Shown here: piece by piece, positions 14,701-29,700 of the stretch
Layout of the letters: the number at the start of each line of letters is the position of its first letter
How positions within the stretch are numbered: the first letter of the stretch is position 1
From: Leucoraja ocellata
Lineage: Eukaryota
Length of the DNA stretch: 64,000 bases
Assembly (NCBI GenBank): GCA_036785375.1
Contig: JAWMAR010000201.1
Span: 1,922,001-1,986,000 of the forward strand
Direction: 5' to 3'
Notes under the pieces: generated by a model
Databases searched by the model: none
What the model was told of the DNA's origin: nothing
Seen by the model: the letters and a program-made list of their open reading frames with translations, nothing else
Position numbers and translations under genes: made by a program

Positions 14701-17700
14701 CCTTAAACCTATGGCATCTCTTTATTGTTTCCTCTTGCCCTTGTAAAATAACCTGTGCATTCATCTTATCAATCCCCTGATAAGTTTATATCACCCGTTG
14801 GACGCCTGCATTCCATGGAATGCTTTTTTAGCTTGCCGGATCTCACCCGATATCTCAGGCCTTCGAGTCCCGGTAGCTACTCGAAATTCATCCCTGAGAT
14901 ATTTACAGCTTAATCATATCCTTCCTACAGCAGGGTGACAAACGCTGAACACTATACTCCAACGATGGACTCGCAAACGTCATACACTGCTGTAACATAG
15001 CGTACCGAACTCTTTCATGAAGCGATGTGCATGCGCATCTATATCATTCTGCTCTAAAGCACTCTCCAAACCTCGGATATTTATTGTGTCTTTTCTGCAC
15101 TGGATTGACTTCCAAAAAATGCAACAGCTGGCAGTTTTCTGCATTAAACTCCACTGGCTATTTTTCAGCTCACATGCCCAGCTGAACGAAGTCCTGGTTT
15201 ATTTTTTAAATACTATCCTCACTGTCTACGATATCACCACTTATTTAATGTCAACGCCAAACATGCTAATCGTGCCTTGTATATTCTTAGCAAAATCGTT
15301 GATATAAATCACAGACAGGAATTGGCCTGGCATCGATTCCTGAAGCACACCTCTAGCCACAGGTCTTCAGCTTCGAAAACAAACTTCTATCACGACACTC
15401 TGCTCCCTTCCATGAAGCTATTTCTGACCCCAGTTAACTAGCTCTCAATAAATTCCACGGGCTATTCTTCAGCTTACTTGCCCAGCTGAACGGATTTGCA
15501 CTGCAGCCGACCTGTCAACGTGTAGATAAGACATAAAAGATGCTCCTGCAAGAATACCACCATCGCAATGTCTAAGTGGCCGATATCATTAAATGCAATC
15601 CAGCCTAAAACTGATTATGGTTTGCTGAAAAATAGAAATTAAAAAATATTAGTTCAACGGGGAATGAATGAACGACAAAATATGGAAATGTATCAACATC
15701 ATTGTAAATCTCACGAATGTATGTTATTTCAACAAATTTTGCCTGGGCAGATGCACTATCCATTCAGAAAATTAAAGGTAATATTTCAGAAATTAAAATA
15801 AAAAATTATCGACCACATTGCAAAAGTATCTTCACTAATGGCACTTTATTTCCATTGCATTTTGTTTAGGAGGCACCTACTTCGTGTCCCTCCCGTACAG
15901 TTTAGACCGGTGACAACTAATTCATTTCCCCATTTTTTCATCCCGCTAGTTTTCCAGTGAAAGTAAATATTTCATAGGCGGTACTACGAAAATATGAATC
16001 ATTCCCATCTGCCGGCGATGGAAACTGACACTAGGGACCTGTATTCAATCATCACTATTTCAAATTGTCCCAGATTATTTTTTCTATACAAGATGAAGTG
16101 TATTATAATTCCAAGTTCAATGCCTGAGGCCTAACTTTTGCAGCTATTTTTTAAACAGCAGATTTCCTTCCATCCGAATTTCAGGTGCAGGATTGGTAGG
16201 TGAGAATTCAGGAACATGTATTCCTGTTCGCTGGTCCGCAGAAAATGTATTAATACTAGCTAGCATCCATCCGCATGTAGAGAACATCTTGGTGTGAAAC
16301 GGGTCCTTGCAATCAACAATTAGCACACACGCAACTGGGTTACCCACTTCAATGACGTGGCTGCAATGGGTATTCGACGTATTTACCAAAGATTTAGGAA
16401 CAAAGCTGCAAGACAAAAGCAGAACATTACAGCAATACACTGCACTTGCTTCAAAGAGTGCAGCCCCGACAAGTTTGACATGTCCAAGACGAAGTAGCCT
16501 GCACGTTTACGTTCCCTCGAAGATACATTTCCTTCACCAAAGAGACTGTAGAGATATGTGTCTGATATCTCCCAGATGCACTGGACATGCTCTTTGTTCC
16601 GGCACACTACCAAAAAGAGGAATAGGATGACAGACTTACCGAAACACTACTTCACAAATTGCTGGGTTGGAAATATGGTTCTGTGTTTTAAACGTTTTTG
16701 TATTTGATTTGAATTTGAATTTTATTCCTTTATTGTCATTCAGACCTTTCGGTCTGAACGAAATTATGTTGCCTGCAGTCATACACAGTAACAATAAATA
16801 ACAAAACATACAATAAACACAAATTAACATCCACCACAGTGAGTTCACCAGGCACCTCCTCACTGTGATGGAGGCAAAAATCTTAGTCTCTGTCTCTTCC
16901 CTCCTTGTTCTCCCTCTGCGCTGAGGCGATCGATCCAGGCCGAAGATGCCGCTCTCCAGTCCAGCGGACATCGGTGGTGATGTCGCCGCTGCCGAAAGCC
17001 GGAACGCCGTCTCCACTCCGCTCCGCGTCGGCCCGCCACAGCCTCAGCTCCGAGTCCCGCTGCATCAGCTCCGAGTCCCGCTGCAACAGCTCCGAGTCCC
17101 GCAGCCTCAGGTCCGAGTCCCGCAGCCTCAGGTCCGAGTCCCGCAGCCTCAGGTCCGGGCCGCTGCCGAAGAGTAAACCTAGCAATTCTCAAACCTAGCA
17201 ATTATAGACCTGTTAGTTTGACTTCAGTGGTGGGCAAATTAATGGAAAAGATACTTAGAGATAATATATATAAGCATCTAGATAAACAGGGTCTGATTAG
17301 GAACAGTCAACATGGATTTGTGCCTGGAAGGTCATGTTTGACTAATCTTCTTAAATTTTTTGAAGAGGTTACTAGGGAAATTGACGAGGGTAAAGCAGTG
17401 GATGTTGTCTATATGGACTTTAGTAAGGCCTTTGACAGGGTTCCTCATGGATGGTTGGTTAAGAAGGTTCAACTGTTGGGTATAAATGCAGGAATAGCAA
17501 GATGGATTCAACAGTGGCTGAATGGGAGAAGCCAGAGGGTAATGGTGGATGGCTGTTTATCGGGTTGGAGGCAGGTGACTAGTGGGATGCCAGGGATCTG
17601 TGTTGGGTCCTTTGTTGTTTGTAATGTACATCAATGATCTGGATGAAGGTGTGGTAAATTGGATTAGTAAGTATGCAGATGATACCAAGATAGGGGGTGT

Positions 17701-20700
17701 TGTGGATAATGAAGAGGATTTCCAAAGTCTACAGAGTGATTTAGGCCATTTGGAAAAATGGGCTGAAAGATGGCAGATGGAGTTTAATGCTGATAAATGT
17801 GAGGTGCTACACCTTGGCAGGCCAAATCAAAATAGGACGAACATGGTAAATGGTAGGGAATTGAAGAATACAGTTGAACAGAGGGATCTGGGTATAACCG
17901 TGCAAAGTTCCTTGAAGGTGGAATCTCATATAGATAGGGTGGTAAAGAAAGCTTTTGGTATGCTAGTCTTTATAAATCAGAGCATTGAGTATAGAAGCTG
18001 GGATGTAATGTTAAAATTGTACAAGGCATTGGTGAGACCAAATCTGGGGTATGGTGTACAATTTTGGTCCCCAATTATAGGAAGGATGTCAACAAAATAG
18101 AGAGAGTACAGAGGAGATTTGCTAGAATGGTGCCTCGGTTTCAACAACTAAGTTACAGAGATAGGTTGAATAAGTTAGGTCTTTATTCTCTGGACCGCAG
18201 AAGGTTAAGGGGTGACCTGATAGAGGTCTTTAAAATGATGAGAGGGATAGACAGAGTTGATGTGGACAAGCTTTTCCCTTTGAGAATAGGGAAGATTCAA
18301 ACAAGAGGACATGACTTCAGAATTAAGGGACAGAAGTTTAGGGGTAATATGAGGGGGAACTTCTTTACTCAGAGAGTGGTAGCGGTGTGGAATGAGCTTC
18401 CAGTGGAAGTGGTGGAGGCAGGTTCATTGGTATCATTTAAAAATAAATTGGATAGGCATATGGATGAGAAGGGAATGGAGGGTTATGGTATGAGTGTAGG
18501 CTGGTGGGACTAAGGGGAAAAAAATTTGTTCGGCACGGACTTGTAGGGCCGAGATGGCCTGTTTCCGTGCTGTAATTGTATATGTTATATGTTATATGTT
18601 ATATGAAAGCTGGAACGCCGCATCAGCGAGTCGGGCCACCGCTGCCTCGGCCCCGAAGACGGCCAGCCTCGCGTTGGTAAGTCCTGGCCGGCTCTGCCTC
18701 CGGAGCCTCGAGGTCGGTCGCAGGTTGGAGGCCGCCAGCTCCGCCATTAGCCCTCAGCGCAGACGGAGGCAGAGAAGGGGGATACGACAAGAAAAAGTCG
18801 CATTCTCCCGAAGGAAGAGACAAAAAAACATGTTTCACCCCCCCCCCCCATAACACAACCCAACAAACTAAAACTTAGCCAAAAAAAACCAACAAAACAA
18901 AGTAAAGACAGACGGACTGCAGGCGAGCCGCAGCTGTTAACAGCGCCGCCACTTCCGTCACTCCGAGTGAACAACATACAACGAGTCGCTGAGCGGAAAT
19001 CTGTCCCGTTAGAAGCCGCCTATGTTCTGTCATATTTAAAATAAAGTGGACAATACAATTATGGATAACAAAGGAAGATCCTGGAACTAGCAACTGAGAT
19101 CGCGGTTATGGAAAGAGATTTTCAGGATACAGTTTCATGTTGAAGACTTTCGCCAGTCGGGATGAAATATTAACTCTATTTTCTTCCCAGTGAGGCGGCC
19201 TGACTTTCTAAGTACTTCAAACGTTTTGTTTTTATTTTAACTTTTCAGTATCTGTAGATTCAATAATCGTGGGACTCACAAACCTTCCGTAAATAAATAG
19301 ATGATGTTCCAAGCACTTTGAATTGTGTTCCAAAATTCCATTTATTTTTATTTTCGTTGGATCGTCGAGAATACCGTTGTTCTGCTACTAATTTGATGTC
19401 AAATGGAATGCACGTGCAGTCAGGTCGCATAATTTATTGGCGGCACTCGTGCATGTCATTGGCATGCAGATTTGCTTTTACGTTCACTAAATGCACGCCA
19501 TGAATGTTGTTATTATTAATAGCAGGACTATTTTGAACTTTTTTGTCCCTATTGATATTATTGTTTATATGTATTTCTATTATACTGTTAAATTATAATT
19601 TTAGTATTATTCCTATTACTGGTAATGTTATTTGCACGTTCTTACATACTGTATATCTTGCATTATTCCCGTCATTGGTTTTGTTATTTCTGTTACAATT
19701 ATCCTTAGATGGTAAATGCTCCGCATTGACAGAGCTCCGGGCAATAACGTTCCATGCGTTTTGTGCATTTCGCTTTTATATACCGCCGCAATTAGACCTA
19801 ACACTGATTTATTTTAAATCTTAATTATATTGCAGAATTAGAAGAAAAACTTAAAAATGCGGGTAAATGCTCAATTGCCCTTTTCACCTCGCGTCTGGTT
19901 ATGATTGCGATATTGGAACAGGATATTTCCAAATGCGGCATAATCACTTCCTATATCCTATGTTTTCTATAGAGGAAAAAATGCTCTCGACCCAAAAAGG
20001 TAATTCTATTCAGACACATACATCAATGCGAGGAACTGCGATTTATATTCAGAAATGCTGACACTGAACTCGTAATTTTCATTGTCGCCTGCAAATACCG
20101 TCAAGTATCAGCTCCTGGTCACTTTTGGAAGACGCTATTTCTTTCTATTAGGTTTATTTATCATTTTCTGGCGGCCCCTGGGGGTTACGCCACTCCTTGG
20201 GTCATCCCCCTCGGGTCTTGAGGGATAAGGACGATTGTCCGCCCACGGGGTTTCCCGGGTGCCGGCTCGCGGGCGTTCTGTGTGTTTGTCATGATTCATT
20301 AAACGACTTCTGAACCTGCTTGGCATCTGGCCTTTTCCTGACCTGATCCAGGCCACTACAATGTATTAATTATTCGGAAGAGGGGATTGAAGGCTATGTG
20401 GCAATGTTTGCAGATTATACGAAAATAAGTGGCGGGGCAGGTAATGTAGAGAAAGGAGGGACTGCAGAAGGAATTGGACAGGTTAAGAGGATTGGCAGAG
20501 AAGTGACAGGTGAACAAAGTGCAGTAAAGTGTGGATTCATGCAGTTTGGTGGTAGGAATCAAGGCGTAGACTATTTTCTAAATGGGGTGAGAATCTTGAA
20601 ATCGGAGGTGCAAGGGGTCTTGGGAGTGCTGGTGCAGCATTTCCAAAAAGTTAATCTGCAAGGTGAATCAGTAGTAAAGAAACCAAACTCAATTTATTTC

Positions 20701-23700
20701 AAGAGGGCTTGAAAACAAAAACAGGGATGTAATGTTAAGGCTCAATAAGGCGCTGATAAGGTCACATTTGGAATATTGTGAGCAATTTTAGGCACCTGAG
20801 GAAGGATGTGCTGGCTTTGGAGAGGGCCCAGAGCAGGTTTATCAGAATGGACAAGGGCTGGTGGGGTATAGACAGCACTGATTTATTCGCGGGAGACCAT
20901 GTCTCGCGACTCTGATTGTTGTTGATGAGGGTAGAACTTCAGAAATTGTATTTATGGATTTCAGCAAAGAATTTGACAAGGTTACACATGGTAGGCCGCA
21001 CTCGAAGGTTAAATCGCATGGCAACCAATGAGATGCAGCTGAATGGAGAGAAAATTGGCTTCATGGAAGGAGGCAGGGGTTGCTTCGTGGAGGACTGTAT
21101 CTACTGATGCGGCTCAGGGTACGGAGCTGGACCTATTGCTGTTTGTCATCTACATCGATGATAGGAATACAAACGGCAAATGGGCTGAGGAATGGTTGGT
21201 GGAATTTACTTCAGAGAAAAGTGATGTATTGCATTTTGGGAAGTATAACAAGGGCAGAACCCACACCGTGAATGGTAGCTTTCTGGGGAGTGTTGTAGAG
21301 CAGATGCATCTAGGAGTGCAGGTCCATAATATCTTAACAGTGGTTTCGCAGATAGCATGAGTGGTCTAAAGGTCTTCCGGCACATTGGCCCTTACCAGTC
21401 GGAGTATTGAGTGTAGAATTTGGGAGGTCTTGTTACAGTTGGATAAGACGTCGGTGAAGACACATTTAGAGTATTGTCTTCAATGTAGATCACTGTGTTA
21501 TAGGAAATATGTTGTCAAGCTGCAAAGGATGCATAGTACATTTCGATAATTTTGCTAGGTCTCGAGGACCTGAGCTGCACGGAGATAGTTTGAGTACGAT
21601 AAGAATGCATTCCTTGAAGAAGTGGTGATCTTGCGGAGGCGGACGTGTACAAAATCAAGAGAGGAATAGTTCCGGTAAAGGCACACAGGCTTTTGCCCAG
21701 AGGAGGGGAATCTGGAACCGAGGCATATAGGTTTAAGATGAGGTTGGACAATTTAGGAGAAATCTTAGTGGTAATCCTTTTACAGAAAGTGCTGGTAGAT
21801 GTGTGGAACGAGCTACCGGAACTGGTAGTTGAGGCAGAGGCCTAAAAAACATTAAAAAAAAAAAGAACATTTGGACAGGTACAAGAAAAGGATATGTTTA
21901 GAGGTAGTATAAGGACAAACGCGGCAGGTGGGACTAGAATGGATGGAGCACTTGACTCTGCGTGGATAAGTTGGGCCGAAGAGCTTGTTTCCACTCTGTA
22001 TAAATCCAGGACTCTATGCCTCTCTGTGTACGACCTCCAATGCTGACAATGCCGCCATATGATGAAAATGGTGATAGCTCATCACAACAACAATTCTCCA
22101 ATGACAATAACACCTTTTAAATTTCAGAAAAGGAATCACTTTCAAAAAATCTAAAACAAATAGGTGAGAACATAATTCATAATTTCTTTGATTGTTTGAC
22201 TGATTCACAAAAATGTTCATAATTCGGANNNNNNNNNNNNNNNNNNNNNNNNNNNNNNNNNNNNNNNNNNNNNNNNNNNNNNNNNNNNNNNNNNNNNNNN
22301 NNNNNNNNNNNNNNNNNNNNNNNNNNNNNNNNNNNNNNNNNNNNNNNNNNNNNNNNNNNNNNNNNNNNNNNNNNNNNNNNNNNNNNNNNNNNNNNTTTTT
22401 TCACTTTCTCGCTTTCTTCCTCTTTCTAGCTTTCTTTCTCTATCCCCCTCTCTCTCTCTCTTTCATTCTTTATTTCTTTCTCTCTTTATCTCTCATATTT
22501 CTTTATTCCTCTCTTTCTCCTTCTCTGGTTACTCTTTACATGACTTCAGTCCTGCGTAAACAAGGAAAGAAGACATTACTGCCCCAGTGCAAAGCCATAT
22601 CCTTCCTTATCATTTCCGTTGCATATACACGTTAGTGACCACAAAATAAGCATCCATTTATGCAGATTTCTTTGGTTTTAATTCTCAGTTAGCAGAGTGC
22701 AGAAAAGTCTATTAATTTGCCTTTTGCCTGATTATTTTATGTGCTTCCAAAAGAAGAAACACTAAGTTTGAAAGAGACAGGTAACTTCCGTAATTCTATC
22801 TAAATGTCAGTTTCAGACAAAATAATTGTTTCGCCTGATCATTGTGAGAAAGAGTTGATCTGTTCAGAATAAACGGATATCACAAGAAATAGTACAAAAC
22901 GCATAAGAATTGCTGAAATCAAAAAGAAACTAATCTGAAACGATGTGTTGACTAGTACTGTGACTATATTTTTCAAAAACTATGTATCGTTAGCAGAAAT
23001 GCGTAGGAGGGAACGGCAGATGCTGGTTCAAACACGAAGATAAACACAAAAACTGGAAACTCAACAAATCAGAATGCCTATTCGGAAAAAAATGAATGTC
23101 ACGCTTCGGGTCGAGACCCTTGTTCAGAGTGGGAAGAAGAAGAATCTTAACCCGTAATGTCACCTATTCCATTTCTTCAACGATGCTGTCTGGCCCGCTT
23201 TTACTCCAGCTTTTTGAGTCTATCTATGGTTAGCGAACATCTACAACGAGCCAGATTAACCTCATTTGTGGGAAATATATTAGAAACATCAGTTCTCGGC
23301 GTGATCATTAGTCACCTGGGGGAAAGTGGTGAAATGGGTGAAGCTGCAGAGGGTAGATTTTGATTAACCAACGATGCAATTTTGGAAATGTACTCGATAG
23401 AGCTGTGGAGGATAACGATCGCTGGACCACTGGGGGTACTTGAACAGAAGGCATATGATATGATGCTGTATAATAGGTTTATTAGAGAAGGGGATGCAAA
23501 TGGCACATACGTTCATTGGGGGCATGGGTACGAAGTCATAAACGCGCAAGGAACCGACCTGAAGATAGCGAGGGGGGATTACTTCAAGAGAGGATATTCC
23601 GTATTAATTTCTTTCTGAGATCTGGGATTGGACGGGGATGGCACGCACAATTTCACGTTTTAGCGGGTGTCAACATTGTCAAGTGAATGGGTTAGTAAAA

Positions 23701-26700
23701 ATCTAAATGGGATTGTCAAGTGCATGCGATAGTAAGGAATTGTTATCACGTGTAGCGATTGGAGAAGATATGGTTATTTTCTTTGGAGAAGAGAAGATTG
23801 GGTGTGAATTTTACGGAACGTATAAATAGTTAATGTGGAAGAGGTGCCTGGGGGGTATTCATTGTAATAAAATAAAACTGGAAGCCCGTATGATTAACAC
23901 GAGAAACATTATTTAATGCAGAGTCTATTTCAAATCTGTTATGTAATCCCTTCAAATGCGATGTAGGTAGGTCCCATCTATACCATACTGACCTAAATGA
24001 GATCTGAATTTCTATACGTTGAAACAATTGTTTTTACATATGGCTATGGAAAAGAAACGGTGGTGCACAATTAGAGAGTTCTTCTAACAGTCCGCGTTGG
24101 CGAATGCCACAGGCGAACCGATCTTTTACCCGGTGACTATTCCATGATTTGATGACTTGGCCTAAGCTAATTTCTAATCAAAAATAGTCGTACGAAATGG
24201 TTCTGAATATTCTTAGTCAGTCCTGCTTCATACAAAGCAGCGGCCAATAATATCGTGGGCATAGATGACCAAAGGAAACTTTAGAACAGAAAGGTCATGC
24301 GTTTCGTAGAGCTACTCCGCGGTGCAAAGTAGCGACAACCACTTTTCATTTTAACAGCATTTACGATTTTCCGACAATTCATGAATTGCAGCGATTCAAG
24401 ATGGCAGCTCACCGCCACCATTTGATGGTCAATTAGGGAACGGCATTTAAATTATGGCTCAACCTGCGAAGCCCTCACCATTTAATCACTCATAAAAACA
24501 TTTAATTATGTCATTACGTATGGGTTGGATACTGACTATAATGTTTCTGATCATTGATTAAAATGGACATTGAATTTGACCAATATATGAAAACATCTGA
24601 TAAAAAAAAGCCTTCAAAATAATTAAAAGGATGATTAGCATCTGCTTCTAACAATTGTTTTAACATAATATTGCTTGTATTATAATTAATATTTGTTGAG
24701 CTTCTTAACTATTCTACTATCTCGATGCCTTATAAAAGTATGTTTATTATTTATCAATGATTTGCTACGGTTTTGCTTCAGCGCCATTATTTGTCTTTTT
24801 TTCTCGGGTTCAGAATTTTCCCAGTGCAGAATTGATGGTAAGTAGAAAATCTTAATTTCCGAACTAACTCTAATCTAACTCATTGGGCGCATTCCTTGAA
24901 TTGTGCTTCTCTGAGATATATATTGGTAACCGAGAATGTGATCGCATGCACATGCAACTGTATTCCTTCATAGAAACATAGACACATAGAAAACAGATGC
25001 AGGAGTAGGCCATTCGGCCCTTCAAGCCAGCACCGCCATTCAATAAAATCATGGCTGATCATCCAAAATAACCAATCATTTGTAAAATGCATTATAATAC
25101 AGAATCAGCACAATAATTCACGCCTTGGTCAGTATTGAACCCTGGTCTCTGGCGCTGCAAGACATCATCAAACGGTGGGGCTGCGCGTTGAAAATTCTGC
25201 GCAGCTTGCCGCGAGGTGCAGAGGTTTTGTGACGTCATCCAGCTCGCTTTAGCACTTTAGATTTTAATAAGATGTTAGGCTGGTGAAAATGTTTTGTAAT
25301 AAACTCGGGAAATAATAAATGAAATTTTCAGATGAGGGGATTTTTTTGAAATCATGAGGTAAACATCTACCGGAATATGTAAAAATGTCGCCCTTATCGC
25401 GTCGGGTTTCCGACGAGATGTGAATCAAAGAAAAACGTCAAGTAAGCAAACACACAAGCAAACAACCAAGATCAGAGTTTTATAGTACTAGAGATTGGCT
25501 AAACGCGGGCAGCTGTGATTAGTTTCGATCGATTATCAAGGACGTCCTGGTTCAATTGATCTGTTCCTATGCTGGATAACTCTATTACTGTAAACAATGC
25601 ACAATACAACTCTGTGGACTGCACTAGTCGATGAGCATATTCATTCGACGATAAATAAAGCCTGAGCATAGGACGGGGTGGGCAAGAAAGCAGCGTGCGT
25701 CATGGTTACTGATTTGTCCAACGTCCGTTCCACTTTTTGAAAGCTCAGCGTGCTGTCATGCAACTTTGGCACTACAACGCACCTCCAATGCCGGCGTTGT
25801 TCGAATCTCGTGTTTAAACCCAGAACTGATATTTGCATTCCAGGACTAACAAGTTCGATAGCATTTTTAATAGCAAAATTCGTTCTTCGCCGGCGATGTG
25901 TGATTATTGCAATGTGTTTGCTTTGTTACAGACGAAGAACTACGCGAGAAAGATGGAGGTGTCGTTAAATTTACAATTCTAAAACTTGAAATTTTATTTA
26001 TTTTTTTAATCTTGCTATAGCGACTTCCGCGCTCGACGAAATTCATACCTTTGTGATGTTAATTCCACGTTCCCCAGTACAGCTAATGGTTCCTTTCTTT
26101 AATGTGATGTTGGATCTTCACTATCAAACCAATAACTATGATTTGTGAAACCACACTGCAAAACATTGAAATGTAGAATTTCATTTTAATTTTCCGGTGT
26201 TGTTAAGCTTTATATTCTGGTGATGCTATTTGTTTATTTTTACACAATCACATTTTCCATCATCTGGGGGTACGAAATTTGCGCAATAATTAACGAACGG
26301 TGTTAGCATTGTCTTCCAGATCTGGATACTGGGCAGAAATTTATGTTTGTGGTGGTAATGACTGGACCACATTGCATCAAATTTCTATCCCGCACCAACG
26401 CGGAAGCAAGAGATTACCTTTACAATCAAGGAACAGCTGATACTAGAAAACAAGGACAGAAAGTGTAGAGTAAACTAGTTGGTCACGCAGCATCACTGGA
26501 GAATATGGATGTGTGACGTTTCGTGCCGACGTCCTTTTAAAACTAATTGTGTGCGAGGGTGGAAAGTTGGAAGAGGAAAGGGGCAAAACCAGGCGTTGTG
26601 GGGGAGAGGAAAGGGTTATAAAAGAGGCTGAACAAAAAGCGTCGTGGGGCGATGTAGACAAAGCTGGAAAAGCGAAGCGGCAGGCAAAGCTTTGTGGGGA

Positions 26701-29700
26701 GAAAAACATCTAGGAGGGGCAGGACAAAGCGTAGTTTTTGGCCATATTTTACTCCCGTAAAACCTCTCACCCTGGTAATCTTCCATGAATGGCTGATATA
26801 TAATTTCAAAAATTGAAGCCGTAAGGCAAATAGTTTCAGTAATACTTTCAGTAAATAAGTCTCTACTCGCAAATATAATTTAAATACATTATATTTTCAT
26901 TTATAGCCTACCCTATGGTCGGAGATTGTGCCGAGTTCCAGTGAAATGTATGAACCATAAGTCTTCCGGTAGACAGTACCCTCTCACAAGGAACAATTTG
27001 CCCGACGACTCCTGGGGCAAGATGAAGCTGACAACATCTACCCTATTGTGGCGCCCGCCTGTTTAAAGTATAAAAGCCCCACGGTGTTTGGGATGATGTA
27101 ACAGGACTTCGGAAATGGTGAAGAGAAATCAGTGGAGAGGATGGATAACAATTTTCATTTTAAAAAGCCTGGAAAAGAAATGCATACACACAAGTAAATG
27201 CTCAAAAATCGCTGTGGTGCAAAAACAATTGACTTTTTTTATATTCTTCCCGATTTTTGAATATCCACCGATATGAAGGAGATTCAATATTAAAGATTCT
27301 AACAAAGTCAGAGAACAACGAGTACTTAGTTATGCAAAGCTACCCAGATATTAAAAGTGTGTGAACCGTCATTGTTTGCAATATGCTTTAATGGTTAACA
27401 ATCGCCAATCACGATAAATGACATGCAATGATAATATTTGCAAGTGCTTATGATAAACAGATGATTGATAATTGGTAAAAAATAATCAAAGGGCATGTGT
27501 CTCCGCTACGACAAGTATAAATTTCACTGTGACTGCTGCAAATTATAACGGAAGCAACTTCGACTTTAAATTTTAACAAAAAGGCGAGAATATCAGATTT
27601 CGTTAAATATGGGGAACCGGTGGATTCATTCTTCCTCAAATTAAAACGAACACTGCACCTATGGGTTGACAATGTAACGCCCTGTTTTGCATAAAAAAGA
27701 GCTGCGAAAGCAAGTTATTTCCATGTGAACATGTAATGACTACAAATGACAAATAGGTTTTCATTTACTTGCAGAAATAGCATCTTTGAAAAAAAGACAT
27801 CAAGAAACAGGTCAGTGGGGAAAAAAGCAATTAAAGCAGGAACAGTTTTTTTGTTTTTACACTACCCGAAGTCAAATCAACAGAATATCCCAGTATTACA
27901 ATCGGGGTATTTAAATACATAAATGGGACATTTATGGACATTGTAGGACATTTGACTGGAAATGATTTGTCTTACAAGAGAATTCCCATTGAAATGATCG
28001 GGGACTTAATGGCAGTAACCTATTTCATTACTGTGGGGTTCTTCACATGAACATGGTTGTTCTTCAAACGAAAGGATCAAAAGTGTCAGGAGAACTTGAT
28101 GCTTTTTTTTTATTTTATACAGTGCGTTGTTTAGGTATCGCGGCGGAAGTGGAATTATTTTTAATTGTAGTATTTAAAATATACCTGAGACGAAATAATT
28201 TGCAGGGCTCTGGATGACGGACGAAGAGTGGGCTATCAGATTTGCTCTAACATATTAACCATATAACCATATAACAATTACAGCACGGAAACAGGCCATC
28301 TCGGCCCTACAAGTCCGTGCCGAACATTTTTTTTCCCCTTAGTCCCACCTGCCTGCACTCATACCATAACCCTCCAATATTGTTGGTACGAATAGCCTCC
28401 TTCCATCCTTTGATTTCCATGGCAAATTCAGATTTGACAATAGCAAGAAAAAAAGCAAAATCGCAATTTAATTTGGAGTAAGACCATCCATTTACATGTT
28501 TGTTTTCCATCTGGACAATAAAAGATTACGTGAAAATTTATCAGTATTGTGGCTGTGGATGGCAATATAGGGTGATATATTGTGAGCGTTTAGACTAAAT
28601 GTATTCTTAGGAAATTACAAAATCCGAAAAGAATCACGGTATCGAGAAAAAAGGTGTGCATTATTTTCTCTTCAACAATGGAACAGGTGGGCTTTCACTG
28701 AAAACATCGGGTTAGGAAGGAGGTCGAGTGTCCAGATAACGGCAGATGCTATTACATTTTCGAGGCTAGGGTCATATGGGACTGGAATTGGAGAGCACAA
28801 ACTCGCAAAAAATACCCAAGTGTGCTTTGCCACTGATGCACATTGCGAAAGGCACATTGAAGGGACAGCCAGGAAAGGCAATTTACGTCTAAATGTGTAC
28901 CAGGAAGTATAGTGTCAGATTGCATCACAGATTGGTTTGGGAACAGCTCTGCCCATAACCATGAGAAAACGTAGATAGTTGTGGATGTCGCAAGTCCATC
29001 AGGCAAACCAGAATCCCCATCATCGACTTCACACACTTCACACTGTCTTGGGAGAGTAGTCACCAAGATCAACAGTCTTTCCTACCTAGGCATTCCTTCT
29101 TCTCACCGTTCCCATGCAGAAAACGGTACAGAGGAATGGTCGCGCACAACCAGACTCAATGTTACATTATTCCCCTCTGTTAACTGGCTCCAGCACAGTC
29201 ATTGCATAGGCTAGGGCATGGATTTCCCTCTACCTCGACCAGACTCCTCTTCTACATAAGACATTGTCTCTGGAACTGTTGCGCACTAATACTGGGAGCT
29301 ATGTTATGCACTGTGTACATTTTCATGTACTCTACCTATTGTACTTGAATTTGGCTCGATTTTATGCAAGTATCCTCTTATCTAAATTGAATGTATAGCA
29401 TACAAAACAACGCTTTTACTCTGTACCTCGGTTCACTTTGCAATACGACATCTAAATATTAGCAAAGAAACGAAGGTGTTGCCCTTTTTTTCCTTTTTGA
29501 GTCGTGAAAATAGCAAAGTCATACCCTTTCACAGATTCAATCTTTTCACGTTATTGATATATAAGTCTCACTAGTGTGAGTTTAGTTCGCCTCTCTTCAA
29601 GGTGGAACAGATATTCTGTCACAAAAATGTCCAACGATCGTAAAAGGGAGTCCGACCTGGCATCTGCATATGAAGCAGCATTTCCAACCAGACTTGCCGG

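Larger units (their letters stand above)
16700..18960 (-). mobile_element. GC-rich non-autonomous element interrupted by a CR1 insertion
   Basis: Minus-strand head ggaagtggcggcgctg.. at ~18955; tail ..tgaatgacaataaaggaataaaattcaaattcaaatc at ~16705. Confidence 0.7.

Noticed and set aside
16093-16128. 36-nt AG-flanked candidate exon in the empty slot
   Set aside because: In-frame TGA in phase 1 and a poor donor (gcctaa).
16860-17201. Heptad-like peptide repeats (LRLRDSD / GPEAAGL) in ORFs
   Set aside because: Translation of a 21-bp minisatellite inside a non-autonomous element; no splice sites link it to the microexon gene.
17218-18513. Active or domesticated reverse transcriptase
   Set aside because: 5'-truncated CR1 with two frameshifts; an ordinary dead-on-arrival copy.
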